Shown here one piece after another: positions 40,602-50,490 of a stretch of 64,000 bases of DNA. The stretch is from a virus. Lineage: Duplodnaviria > Caudoviricetes. The notes beneath the pieces are model-generated. The model was not told the DNA's origin. It worked only from the letters and a program-made list of their open reading frames with translations, and did not search any database. Position 1 is the first letter of the stretch, and each line of letters opens with the position of its first letter. A program made the position numbers and the translations under genes. The DNA lies in IMG/VR virus record IMGVR_UViG_3300023105_001451, positions 1 through 64,000 of that record, one strand, 5' to 3'.

Positions 40602-41497
40602 TGTCAAAAATTAAAGTAATTGATCAAGATATTATATTTTTGTCCTACGACGAACCAAACGCAGAAAAAAACTATGCAGATTTGTGTAGTAAAATTCCTT
40701 GGGCAAAACGTGTACACGGAGTGCATGGTAGTGATGCCGCACACAAAGCATGTGCAGATTTGTCAGAAACAGAATATTTTGTTACTGTTGATGCAGACAA
40801 CATTATTGATCAAGAATTTCTTAATCAAGAAGTTGATATTGAGGAATTAGGTGTTACTCCAGAACATGTGTTTAGTTGGTGTGGCAAGGTACATGTTAAT
40901 GGACTTATGTACGGCAACGGCGGTCTTAAAATGTGGACACGTAAATTTGTCCACAATATGAAAACACACGAAAATAGCGAGGACGGCGATGAACGAGGAA
41001 AAGTTGAATTCTGCTTCGACAACAAATATTACCAATTTAACGAAAACTACAGCGTTTCTTATACTAATGCGACACCTTGGCAGGCTTGGCGGGCGGGCTT
41101 TCGCGAAGGTGTTAAGATGTCTTTGGATCAAGGAGCCAAAGTAGATGATTTGCGTACAGTATGGTGGCAAAACTATGATAGACTGCTTATATGGAGTCAG
41201 ATAGGTGCAGATGTTGAAAACGGTATATGGAGTATACTAGGCGCACGTCAAGGTTGCTACATGACAAACTGTACAGATTGGGACTATGCAAATGTGCGTG
41301 ACTTTGAATGGTTAAACAACTTTTGGGAAAGTGATGTAAAGGATTTACAACCTAACGAAGAAGCAGAACGTTTAGGTTTAGAAATACTTAAAGGCACAGG
41401 AGTAGATATTTCTACTAAACCTCTAGATGCAGAACAAAGTAAGTTTTTTAAACAAGTATATCAAAATAGCGCAAGAATTTTACGGAGAGCTAAATGA
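40598..41497 (+). CDS. GT-A (GT2-like) glycosyltransferase
   Basis: DIIFLSYDEPNA, RVHGVHGSDAAHKACA, FVTVDAD (DxD), YGNGGLK, AWRAGFREGVK; homologous to the C-terminal domain of 48556-50490. Confidence 0.75.
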   Translation: MMSKIKVIDQDIIFLSYDEPNAEKNYADLCSKIPWAKRVHGVHGSDAAHKACADLSETEYFVTVDADNIIDQEFLNQEVDIEELGVTPEHVFSWCGKVHVNGLMYGNGGLKMWTRKFVHNMKTHENSEDGDERGKVEFCFDNKYYQFNENYSVSYTNATPWQAWRAGFREGVKMSLDQGAKVDDLRTVWWQNYDRLLIWSQIGADVENGIWSILGARQGCYMTNCTDWDYANVRDFEWLNNFWESDVKDLQPNEEAERLGLEILKGTGVDISTKPLDAEQSKFFKQVYQNSARILRRAK

Positions 41498-41991
41498 ATG
41501 AAAACTTAAAAAAATGGAAGGCGTCTATCGATAACTTTTTTGGCTGGGTTAAAAAAACAGAACTAGTTGAATTAGAAGATATTGATGTATCAGAAGATCC
41601 AGTGCGCCCTGAGCTTGATGTAGAATGGCGCACAACCTTTAGCAGAAAAATTTATGGATTAAAGCACGAAGATGATATCGAAGGCATTGTATGTGTTGCA
41701 TATACAAACGATATACCGTCAAGCGTAAAAGAATTAGATTTAATGAGTCAAAATGCACATCTTAAACAAGATGCAGACACAGCAATAGCGTATACTATTT
41801 GGAGCCGTAAACGTGGTGCAGGAAAAGAACTAATATTTAAACTTGCAGAGCATATTAGAACTAAGCCTGAAATAAAATCTTTAGTAACACTATCACCACT
41901 TACACCTATGGCAACCCATTTTCATATACGCAACGGTGCAAAACAAATTGCAATACACAATACAACGCAGAATTTTAAATATCCCTTATGA
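41494..41991 (+). CDS. GNAT-fold protein resembling the malonyl-CoA decarboxylase catalytic domain
   Basis: AIAYTIWSRKRGAGKELI (acyl-CoA binding-like loop), LVTLSP motif, FH.RNGA. Confidence 0.55.
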   Translation: MNENLKKWKASIDNFFGWVKKTELVELEDIDVSEDPVRPELDVEWRTTFSRKIYGLKHEDDIEGIVCVAYTNDIPSSVKELDLMSQNAHLKQDADTAIAYTIWSRKRGAGKELIFKLAEHIRTKPEIKSLVTLSPLTPMATHFHIRNGAKQIAIHNTTQNFKYPL

Positions 41992-43370
41992 GTAACGAAC
42001 AACGTATAAAGATACTAGAAGAAAAGCGTGAAAAAATTAACAATGTTAGTTGTAGTTTCTGCACGGCTAAATGGCTACAAACTACGTTGTTACTGCAAAA
42101 TGGTTACAATCACAGTTGCCATCATCCTGCTCCGCACAAAATTCCTTTAGAAGAAATAGAAGCAGATCCTGCTGCATTGCACAACAGCCAATACAAAAAA
42201 GAACAAAGACTAAAAATGCTTACAGGCGAACGCCCTAGCGAATGTAGTTATTGTTGGAAAATTGAAGATTTAGATAAAACATATTTTTCAGATAGACACT
42301 ATAAAACATCAGATTGGTGGGCCTGGGATAGATTCGAAGAAATAGCATATAGCGATCCGGGCGAAAATGTTTATCCTAGTTACCTTGAAGTAAGTTTTTC
42401 AAACGCATGTAATTTTGCTTGTGCATATTGTTCACCGGAGATTAGCAGTAAGTGGATGGAAGATGTAAAACAAAATGGACCTTATCCTACTAAACATGGT
42501 GCCCATCATTTAGACTATTTAGAACAAACAGGAAAGATGCCGTATAAGAATAAAGACTATAATCCATATGTAGAGGCATTTTGGAAATGGTTTCCTGAAG
42601 CACTGCCACATTTAAAAGTCTTGCGTATTACAGGTGGCGAACCTACGATGTCAAAAGATACATGGAAACTGCTTGATTATCTAATCGAAAATCCACGTAA
42701 AGATTTAGATGTAGCAATTAATACAAACGGTTGTGTTGAAGATAAGCTCATTGATAAGCTAATAGATAAAATCAACAAGTTAGCTAAACTAGGTGTTAAG
42801 GTTGATGTATATACTAGTTTAGAGAGTACTGGTGAACAAGCAGAATACGCAAGAGATGGATTAAGTTATTATGCATGGATTGCTAATATTGAAAGAATTT
42901 TAAAAGAAACACAAAGCACAGTTGCTATAATGACAACTATTAATATTCTTAGTTTAACTACGTTTGTTGATTTTGTAATGACAGTAATGGATTTGCGCAA
43001 AATTTATAATACTAGTTTTGAACATAATAGAGTGCCAATGAGTATTAATACAATGCACTGGCCTCCGCACTTACAATGCACATTACTTGATAAAGAATAC
43101 CGTACTAAATTTGCTGATACTATCGAAAATGCTTGTAAAAGTTGGCTAAAGTACTATACTAAAGAAAAATATGCTAGAATATATTTAGAAGAATTCGACC
43201 AAATACAAAGATTTTGTGATTACTTGCGTACAACGGAGCCAGCAACAGAGCATAGAGCTGACTTTGTACGATACATACAAGCATACGATGAAAGAAGAAA
43301 CAAAGACTTTGTGGGAACTTTTCCACAATATGCACATTTGTTAGAGGAATGGAATGGCGAAAAAACCTGA
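41988..43370 (+). CDS. Radical SAM enzyme with N-terminal twitch-like domain (rSAM 1)
   Basis: SFCTAKW...SCHH...ECSYCW N-domain; CNFACAYC; ITGGEP; INTN. Confidence 0.9.
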   Translation: MSNEQRIKILEEKREKINNVSCSFCTAKWLQTTLLLQNGYNHSCHHPAPHKIPLEEIEADPAALHNSQYKKEQRLKMLTGERPSECSYCWKIEDLDKTYFSDRHYKTSDWWAWDRFEEIAYSDPGENVYPSYLEVSFSNACNFACAYCSPEISSKWMEDVKQNGPYPTKHGAHHLDYLEQTGKMPYKNKDYNPYVEAFWKWFPEALPHLKVLRITGGEPTMSKDTWKLLDYLIENPRKDLDVAINTNGCVEDKLIDKLIDKINKLAKLGVKVDVYTSLESTGEQAEYARDGLSYYAWIANIERILKETQSTVAIMTTINILSLTTFVDFVMTVMDLRKIYNTSFEHNRVPMSINTMHWPPHLQCTLLDKEYRTKFADTIENACKSWLKYYTKEKYARIYLEEFDQIQRFCDYLRTTEPATEHRADFVRYIQAYDERRNKDFVGTFPQYAHLLEEWNGEKT

Positions 43371-44802
43371 CGAAACATTACAGCAATATCGTGACAGGGT
43401 ATTAGACAGCAAAAGTAAAAGTTTTTGCGGAGCAAAGTGGTTTAATGCAACTACTTGGCTAGGCAGCGGCACGACTGCAAGTTGTCATCACCCGCCTGCA
43501 CATAAAATTCCAGTAGTAGAAGTTGAGGAAGATTATACTGCTATTCATAATACAAAGCATAAAAAAGAAATGCGCCGTATGATGCAAACAGGTGAACGTC
43601 CACGTGAGTGCGAATACTGTTGGAAAATGGAAGATATGAAAAAAGATGCTGTTAGTGACAGAACTTTTAAAAGTATTATCTATTCAGACGAAGAACTACA
43701 ACGTGCATACGAAATGGATCACAATGAAAGTGTTAATCTTAAGACGTTTGAAATTGCGTTTGATAGAACGTGTAATCTAGCTTGTTCATACTGTAATGCT
43801 TCTTTCTCAACAACATGGGCCAAAGACATCAAGAAACATGGCGAGTACACAAATCTTGTAAGCGATGGCGCAGGAGCATTCCGTCAAGACGGTAGTTGGA
43901 CACAGCCTTACAAAGATGATGAAGACAATCCCTACATTCAAGCATTTTGGAAATGGTGGGACAACGGCTTGTCAGACAGTCTAGAAGAACTACGCATTAC
44001 AGGCGGTGAGCCTTTGATGAGCGGAAACACTTGGAAACTGTTTGATTGGTTTGAAGCACAAGATAGTGATATGCGTTTTGCTATTAACAGCAATCTAATT
44101 GCTAAAAAAGATATTGTAGACAAACTAATTGCTAAAACACAAGGTATGAATCACTTTGAATTGTACACAAGTTGTGAAGCAGTAGGCGAACAAGCAGAAT
44201 ATATTCGTGATGGATTAGTGTATGAACAGTGGCTAACCAACATCAAACGTATTCTTACTGAAGCAAATACTAAAGGCGTACACATTATGATGACAATCAA
44301 CAGCCTTTGCTTGTTTAGTATTACAGAATTCTTAGATGAAGTATACAAATTAAAAGAACTTACACAAAGTAGAACACCTACTGTTAGTTTAAATTTACTG
44401 CGTTTTCCAAGTTTTCAGAGCCCACTAGCATTACCTAATCATATTAAAGATTATTGTCACGAAAAACTAAGCACTTGGTGGGAAGAAAACAAGCACAAGC
44501 CAGGTTGGCATGAGTTTGAACGTGCAAGTATTGAGCGACTAATAGATTATCTTGTTACTGTAGATGCTCCGCATCGTAGAACAAGTAACCCAGTTACACT
44601 TTGGCGTGACTTTAAAACATTTTATGCACAATACGATGTGCGTAGAAACAAAAGCATCTATGTTTTTCCAAAAATCCTAACAGATTGGGTAGAAAGTATT
44701 CCAGATACAGATGCAAGCATTATGGAACTTGCTGATAAAGAAGGCTGGATACTAAAACCTGACAACAAAAACATAGACGAACCGTTGGCGGCATATGACT
44801 GA
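43354..44802 (+). CDS. Radical SAM enzyme with N-terminal twitch-like domain (rSAM 2)
   Basis: SFCGAKW...SCHH...ECEYCW; CNLACSYC; ITGGEP; close paralog of rSAM 1. Confidence 0.9.
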   Translation: MAKKPDETLQQYRDRVLDSKSKSFCGAKWFNATTWLGSGTTASCHHPPAHKIPVVEVEEDYTAIHNTKHKKEMRRMMQTGERPRECEYCWKMEDMKKDAVSDRTFKSIIYSDEELQRAYEMDHNESVNLKTFEIAFDRTCNLACSYCNASFSTTWAKDIKKHGEYTNLVSDGAGAFRQDGSWTQPYKDDEDNPYIQAFWKWWDNGLSDSLEELRITGGEPLMSGNTWKLFDWFEAQDSDMRFAINSNLIAKKDIVDKLIAKTQGMNHFELYTSCEAVGEQAEYIRDGLVYEQWLTNIKRILTEANTKGVHIMMTINSLCLFSITEFLDEVYKLKELTQSRTPTVSLNLLRFPSFQSPLALPNHIKDYCHEKLSTWWEENKHKPGWHEFERASIERLIDYLVTVDAPHRRTSNPVTLWRDFKTFYAQYDVRRNKSIYVFPKILTDWVESIPDTDASIMELADKEGWILKPDNKNIDEPLAAYD

Positions 44803-46105
44803 TAAAGTTGGACCATACTTTTGCACAGCACCATGGACACATACTTACGTTAGCCCACAGGGCGAGCGTAGGCTTTGTTGTGCAAGCCGTGAAGATGCCA
44901 GCTTTCAAAAGCAATACATAGACGCAGGTGACAACGACAATGCAGAATTTTCACCAGTAAGTCTAGAAGAACACTGGAACAGCGAATATATGAAAGATAT
45001 TCGCAAGCGTATCCTTGCAGGAGAGAAGATTTCGCAGTGTGATGTGTGCAACAACCAAATACTAAACTTGCATACCTATAAAAATTATTTTACTAACACA
45101 CTTTTCCCACACAAAATTGATGACATAATTGCCAGCACAAGAGAAGATGGCTACACAACCATGCAGCCCGTTAGTTTTGACTATCGTATTTCAAACTTGT
45201 GCAACTTTAAATGTCGTATGTGTGGCGAGCAATTAAGTTCTAGTTGGGAAACAGAAAAGATTAAACACAATGTAGTCAACTATGAGCGTGAAAAATGGAT
45301 GCAACCTGACACACGTAAGAAGATTGCAACGTTTCAAAAGGAAGTTCTTGAAACAGAACTACAAGCAGCAGTTGACAAAGGCATTGTAGAGGAGTTATAT
45401 TGGGTAGGCGGTGAGCCTTTAATGTATGACATACATTGGCGCATTATGCAACAGTTGGTTGATGAAGGAAAAAGTCAAGATGTAGTTGTACGCTACAATA
45501 CAAACTTGAGTAGAACACACTACAAGGACTATAAACTGTATGAAATGTTGGATAATTTCAAACGTGTTAACATTTGTGCCAGCATAGACGGTGTAGGTGC
45601 CGTTGGCGAGTACATTAGAACAGGACTCAAGTGGGACGAATGGCTACAAAACTTCAAAGACGGCATGTTTCTTATTGACAAGTACGGCAATGATGCAATG
45701 GTGTTTGATGTAACACTGACAACACCAGGACTTTTTGATTTGCAACGTATGTTTGATGTAGTTACAGAGCTAGATGTAAAGAGCTACTTTAAAATTACCT
45801 TTGCATTTGATCCTAGTGTGCTAATGAGCCCTATGTGTTTGCCAAGACACGTACTAGATGAGCAAATACACAAACTGTTAGACTATATCAAGCCAAGAGT
45901 AACACACAAAACTCGTGTGTATCAAGAAACACTTGAAAATATGCTTGAACGTCCTACGTTTGAAGAAGAATACATCAACTATGCAGACGGTTGGAGACGT
46001 GGTAAGAAGAATATATTGTTTATTGAAAGCATAAGAACACAAGACGTTACATTTAGAGATACACTAAGTGACGCAGGCAAGGAATGGTGGGATAACATTG
46101 AGTAA
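44795..46105 (+). CDS. Radical SAM enzyme with N-terminal twitch-like domain (rSAM 3)
   Basis: FCTAPW..RLCC...CDVC; CNFKCRMC; VGGEP; YNTN; SIDG. Confidence 0.9.
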   Translation: MTDKVGPYFCTAPWTHTYVSPQGERRLCCASREDASFQKQYIDAGDNDNAEFSPVSLEEHWNSEYMKDIRKRILAGEKISQCDVCNNQILNLHTYKNYFTNTLFPHKIDDIIASTREDGYTTMQPVSFDYRISNLCNFKCRMCGEQLSSSWETEKIKHNVVNYEREKWMQPDTRKKIATFQKEVLETELQAAVDKGIVEELYWVGGEPLMYDIHWRIMQQLVDEGKSQDVVVRYNTNLSRTHYKDYKLYEMLDNFKRVNICASIDGVGAVGEYIRTGLKWDEWLQNFKDGMFLIDKYGNDAMVFDVTLTTPGLFDLQRMFDVVTELDVKSYFKITFAFDPSVLMSPMCLPRHVLDEQIHKLLDYIKPRVTHKTRVYQETLENMLERPTFEEEYINYADGWRRGKKNILFIESIRTQDVTFRDTLSDAGKEWWDNIE

Positions 46106-47276
46106 AACATTTTGCCCTTTACCGTGGACACACCTAGCAACACACCCGCATGGTAGTGTTACACTCTGTTGCGAAAGTGATATGAACAATCGTAACAGCG
46201 AATCACAAAACTTACCACGTGAGTTTGTTACACTGCACAACACAGAGTACGACTTTGTCAAAATTATGAACAGCGACTTGTTTAAGCAAGTTCGCAAAGA
46301 CATGCTGGAAGGTAAACAGCCAGCGCCTTGTTCAAAATGCTACAAACTAGAAGCACTGGGCAACGAAAGTAAACGTATAAGAGACAGCAACCTGTTGGAT
46401 CTTGATGTACGTGATGCAAGACGTATCACAGACGCAGACGGAACACTAACAGAAGTTAATTTTGAATTTATTGAACTGCGACTAGGCAACATATGTAACC
46501 TAGCATGTCGTTCGTGTAATCCGCAAAGCAGTAGTAAGTGGATACGTGATTGGGAGAAACTAAACGAACGTAAATTTGACATGCCACAGAGCATGTTTGA
46601 TTGGCCCTTAGACGAACGCTTTTGGGCGAGCCTAGCAGAACACTGTAACAATACACGCAAAGTTTACATTAACGGCGGAGAGCCTTTGCTTGTAGATAAG
46701 CACATGCGTTTCTTAGAGTTTTTAATTGCTAAAGATTTGGCTAAGAATATTACACTTGTCTATAGCACAAATGCAACTATCATAAACGACAAGTATATCA
46801 ACTTGTGGAAAGAATTTAAACAAGTAGAGTTTATGGTAAGTATTGACTGCTTAGAAGAACGCAATAACTATCTGCGACATCCTGCTAAGTGGGACAAAAC
46901 TGTTGAAGCATTTGACTGGCTACATAGTTTAGGACACAAAAGTTATGTGCTACAAACAGTAAGCATAATGAATATTTACTATATCAAAGAATTTTGGGAG
47001 TACTTTCGTGCTAAAGATGTATACGTTTCACACAACATGGTACATCATCCAAACTACTACAGTGCAGCAAATGCACCTCAACATGCCAAACAGGCTGTGC
47101 TAGACAAAATTGCTGGTATGCCGTTCTATGACAATATAAATAATTTTCTAAGTCAAGAAGCAAATACAGCAGCATTTGAACAGTTCTTAACAGAGAACAA
47201 ACGTTTAGATGTTATACGCAATCAAAGCTACGCAGAAACATTCAAGGAATGGCATGATAAACTTATACTACGATAA
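46098..47276 (+). CDS. Radical SAM enzyme with N-terminal twitch-like domain (rSAM 4)
   Basis: FCPLPW..TLCC...CSKC; CNLACRSC; NGGEP. The likely start is TTG 46098, overlapping the previous gene's end; the ORF track starts it at 46068. Confidence 0.88.
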   Translation: MSKTFCPLPWTHLATHPHGSVTLCCESDMNNRNSESQNLPREFVTLHNTEYDFVKIMNSDLFKQVRKDMLEGKQPAPCSKCYKLEALGNESKRIRDSNLLDLDVRDARRITDADGTLTEVNFEFIELRLGNICNLACRSCNPQSSSKWIRDWEKLNERKFDMPQSMFDWPLDERFWASLAEHCNNTRKVYINGGEPLLVDKHMRFLEFLIAKDLAKNITLVYSTNATIINDKYINLWKEFKQVEFMVSIDCLEERNNYLRHPAKWDKTVEAFDWLHSLGHKSYVLQTVSIMNIYYIKEFWEYFRAKDVYVSHNMVHHPNYYSAANAPQHAKQAVLDKIAGMPFYDNINNFLSQEANTAAFEQFLTENKRLDVIRNQSYAETFKEWHDKLILR

Positions 47277-48540
47277 TATAATAGAAGATGTGCCTGCTCC
47301 AAACGGAGCAAAAGAAATTACCTTAACTGATGACGCAAGACGTGTACCTCATGTTGCAAATTATAGACCAGAATCGCCTATTGCAAAATTTAATACTTTT
47401 TATTTTGTAATGAAGGCACAAAAAACTGTAGTAAAACTTCATACCGGAAAACCTAAATTTGCTAAAAATTTATTTTATCCGATCGAAATTAATCATTCAA
47501 TATATGGTTGGAACAGAGATTGGACTAATTTATTATCTGCTAGAGCAAAAGCACTTATAGTAAAAAATAAAATGAGACTTTTAATACTTGCTCCTCGAAT
47601 TACTGGAACAAGATATTTTATTAGAAAATTAAAAATACGTATAGACGAACTAGTTGAATCTGGCATACCAAGAAAAAATATTCATTTAGTATTAGGTGAA
47701 TTAAACGATGTTTATAGAAATATGCTAGATTTAAAAACTGTTTACGGATTTGATTGGTGGCAAGTTTATTCGCAATTAATTTTTAAAGTAAAAACAGGCC
47801 AATCAAGTTTGCATTGGTTATCGCATTCTGACTTAGAGTTATTTAATGAACCTATTCCAGAATTTGATATTGATAACTGGAATCCGAAAAAAGTTTACAA
47901 TTTAGTTCCTAGCGATGGCAGAGATCACGATATTGCATTACTACTAGAACTAATTGATAAAAATGCAATTAATGATGGATATTATACATTTGACAAAAGC
48001 AAGTACGATTTAAAAAGAGATTTAAAAATAGTATACATTGATCCTAGGCAATCTCATTTTGAAAAAGATAATAAAACTCGTATAATGAAACGCATCGAAG
48101 AATATGATAATAAAGACGATGTTAACTTAAATGATACAATATTTTCAATCTTATGTGAAAACCATGAAATTTCTGCAGGTACAGATTATAAACAAGAAAT
48201 TAGAAGTTTAGCAACAAGTTACGAAATATGGAAATACATTTATATAGGACATCCGTTTGCAGTATTAGGATGTGCAGATATAATTGCTTACTTAAATAAT
48301 CAAGGATATTTTACATTCAATCAAATGATTAGTCAAAAATACGACAGCATCTATTATCCTGCTAAACGATCTAAAGAAATTGTTAATAATATTTCATATA
48401 TCAAATCATTACCTGAAGAGCAGATTAAAGAACGAATAGAGAACATCAAACCTTTTTTAAAAAAGAATAGAGAAAAATTTTTAAACAGACGAATGCAAGG
48501 AAAGTTTTTAGAACTTTTCGTTGACATGATGTACGAATGA
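47254..48540 (+). CDS. Hypothetical protein, possibly GT-B/GT10-like glycosyltransferase-related
   Basis: C-terminal EIWKYIYIGHPFAVLG....IAYL..QGY.TF...I...YD resembles the EK..KP....PF...G motif of GT10-like viral proteins. ATG 47254 has an AAGGA RBS. Confidence 0.45.
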   Translation: MINLYYDNIIEDVPAPNGAKEITLTDDARRVPHVANYRPESPIAKFNTFYFVMKAQKTVVKLHTGKPKFAKNLFYPIEINHSIYGWNRDWTNLLSARAKALIVKNKMRLLILAPRITGTRYFIRKLKIRIDELVESGIPRKNIHLVLGELNDVYRNMLDLKTVYGFDWWQVYSQLIFKVKTGQSSLHWLSHSDLELFNEPIPEFDIDNWNPKKVYNLVPSDGRDHDIALLLELIDKNAINDGYYTFDKSKYDLKRDLKIVYIDPRQSHFEKDNKTRIMKRIEEYDNKDDVNLNDTIFSILCENHEISAGTDYKQEIRSLATSYEIWKYIYIGHPFAVLGCADIIAYLNNQGYFTFNQMISQKYDSIYYPAKRSKEIVNNISYIKSLPEEQIKERIENIKPFLKKNREKFLNRRMQGKFLELFVDMMYE

Positions 48541-48549
48541 GCGTATAAT
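48521..48549 (+). promoter_or_regulatory. Consensus sigma70 promoter giving a probably leaderless mRNA
   Basis: TTGACA(48521-48526)-17 nt-TATAAT(48544-48549); ATG at 48556 lies at the expected +1; no SD. Confidence 0.75.
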
Positions 48550-48555
48550 ACTATA

Positions 48556-50490
48556 ATGTATGATATTGTTTTTATAAATGATAATACAATCTATGCAGCG
48601 ACATCTTGGAAACAACTAAAAGAAAAGTATCCAAGAGCAAAATCTGCTGATTCATTAGAACACGCTCAAAAAATGTCTTTTACTAAAATGTTTTGGGTAG
48701 TTTGGCCCGATGTTGATATTTGTGATGATTTTAAATTTGATTATCGTGCAGACGAATGGAGCCAAGATTATATACATACCTTTTTAAACGGTACACATCG
48801 AGATGGCATTTTACTTGTGCCTAAACGTGCAGATATTTCAGACCGCGAAATACGACATAGATTTTTTATAAACAAAAAAGAAGTAGACATTGTAGCAAGT
48901 ACACCTAAGCCTTTTAATTTGTATTATATTGATACATGGGAAGAATATGAAAGTGCATTAGAAAACAGTTCAACAGAAATGTTTTGGGCAGTTTCACGTA
49001 ACTTAAAATACAGTCAATCATACATAAACAACTTTTATTTTAGTCATCATAACAGTTATGATAGAAAGGAAAATCATGCGTTTGTACATGATGTTGATGG
49101 AAGGAAACTATACAACGGCGTTTTCTTATGTTCAAAAAATAAACCACTTAACAAAAGACAAATTGACTACAGATTCTTAGTAAATGCAAAGCAGTGGGAC
49201 GATGTAGTAAGTGGTCCTAGACAATACGATATTTGTACAGTTAATAGCTATGAAGATTATCTTAGTTTTTTAGAAAACGTAGAAACAGAAATGTTTTGGA
49301 TGATTCCTTCACATGTACATGTACGTGACGACTTTAAATTTGATATGTACTTCAGTCATGATAATGATTATGACAGAAAAATTAATCATGTATTTAAAAA
49401 CGGTGAATACTACGACGGTATTGTTCTATGCAGTAAATATGCACCTATAAGTGAACGTGAGTTTAAATATAGATTTATTACAAATAAAAAAGAACACGAT
49501 ATAATAGCAAGTGATTCACTTGCATACGATAAAATTGTAGTAAACACATACGAAGAATTTTGTGAACTAAGAAAAAAAGTAAGCACACACTTTTTCTATG
49601 TTATACCTAGTGATGTAGATGTAACATGGGACTTCAAATATCATATACCTTATTACGAACGTGATAACATACATGTATTTAAAAACGGCAAGTACCACGA
49701 CGGTGTTTTTTTAATACACAAAGATAAGACACTTGCACAGCGTGAATTTGACTACAGGTTTTTTGTAAACAAAAAAGAAATTGATATAACTGTTAGTACG
49801 CCTAAACCATATGATATAGTATTCATTTCTTATAACGAATCTAATGCAGATGATAACTATACTATGCTTACACAGCGTTTTCCTAGAGCAAAACGCATAC
49901 ATGGTGTTAAAGGCATTCATCAAGCACATATAGAAGCAGCAAAGTTATGTACAACAAATATGTTTTTTGTTGTAGACGGTGATGCACAAGTACTAAATGA
50001 TTTTAACTTTGATCATCAAGTGCCGAAATGGCAAAGAGATCAAGTGTTTGTTTGGCGTAGTCGTAATCCAATAAATGATTTAGAATACGGTTACGGTGGC
50101 GTAAAGTTATTTCCAGTAAAAGAAACACTTAATATGGATGTAACAAAGACTGATATGACAACAAGTATTAGTCCTAAGTTTAATGCGATGGATAGTGTAA
50201 GCAATGTAACAGCATTTGACACGGATGCATTTTCAACTTGGAAAAGTGCTTTTAGAGAATGTTGTAAATTATCAAGTAAAACAATACGAGGACAAGTAGA
50301 TAATGAAACAGAAGAAAGACTTAACACCTGGTGCGAGATGGGAGAGGATACATTGTATGGAAAGTATGCTATTCACGGTGCTCGGAGTGGTCGTGACTAC
50401 GGTTATGATAATCGCTATAAACCAGATAGCTTAAATTTAATTAATAACTTTGAATGGCTAAAGGAGCAGTTTGATGCAGTTAGTATCTGA
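48556..50490 (+). CDS. Multi-repeat GT-A glycosyltransferase (four degenerate modules plus one intact module)
   Basis: Four ~100-aa repeats (FW/FY...H.F.NG...DG..L..K...RE..YRF..NKKE.DI..S.P) followed by ISYNESNA..RIHGVKGIHQAH..FFVVDGD..YGYGGVK..SAFREC. Confidence 0.75.
   Translation: MYDIVFINDNTIYAATSWKQLKEKYPRAKSADSLEHAQKMSFTKMFWVVWPDVDICDDFKFDYRADEWSQDYIHTFLNGTHRDGILLVPKRADISDREIRHRFFINKKEVDIVASTPKPFNLYYIDTWEEYESALENSSTEMFWAVSRNLKYSQSYINNFYFSHHNSYDRKENHAFVHDVDGRKLYNGVFLCSKNKPLNKRQIDYRFLVNAKQWDDVVSGPRQYDICTVNSYEDYLSFLENVETEMFWMIPSHVHVRDDFKFDMYFSHDNDYDRKINHVFKNGEYYDGIVLCSKYAPISEREFKYRFITNKKEHDIIASDSLAYDKIVVNTYEEFCELRKKVSTHFFYVIPSDVDVTWDFKYHIPYYERDNIHVFKNGKYHDGVFLIHKDKTLAQREFDYRFFVNKKEIDITVSTPKPYDIVFISYNESNADDNYTMLTQRFPRAKRIHGVKGIHQAHIEAAKLCTTNMFFVVDGDAQVLNDFNFDHQVPKWQRDQVFVWRSRNPINDLEYGYGGVKLFPVKETLNMDVTKTDMTTSISPKFNAMDSVSNVTAFDTDAFSTWKSAFRECCKLSSKTIRGQVDNETEERLNTWCEMGEDTLYGKYAIHGARSGRDYGYDNRYKPDSLNLINNFEWLKEQFDAVSI

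Noticed and set aside
42741-42770. 12-nt tandem repeat (DKLI DKLI DKI)
   Set aside because: Short in-frame helical repeat in a radical SAM gene; no evidence of phase variation.
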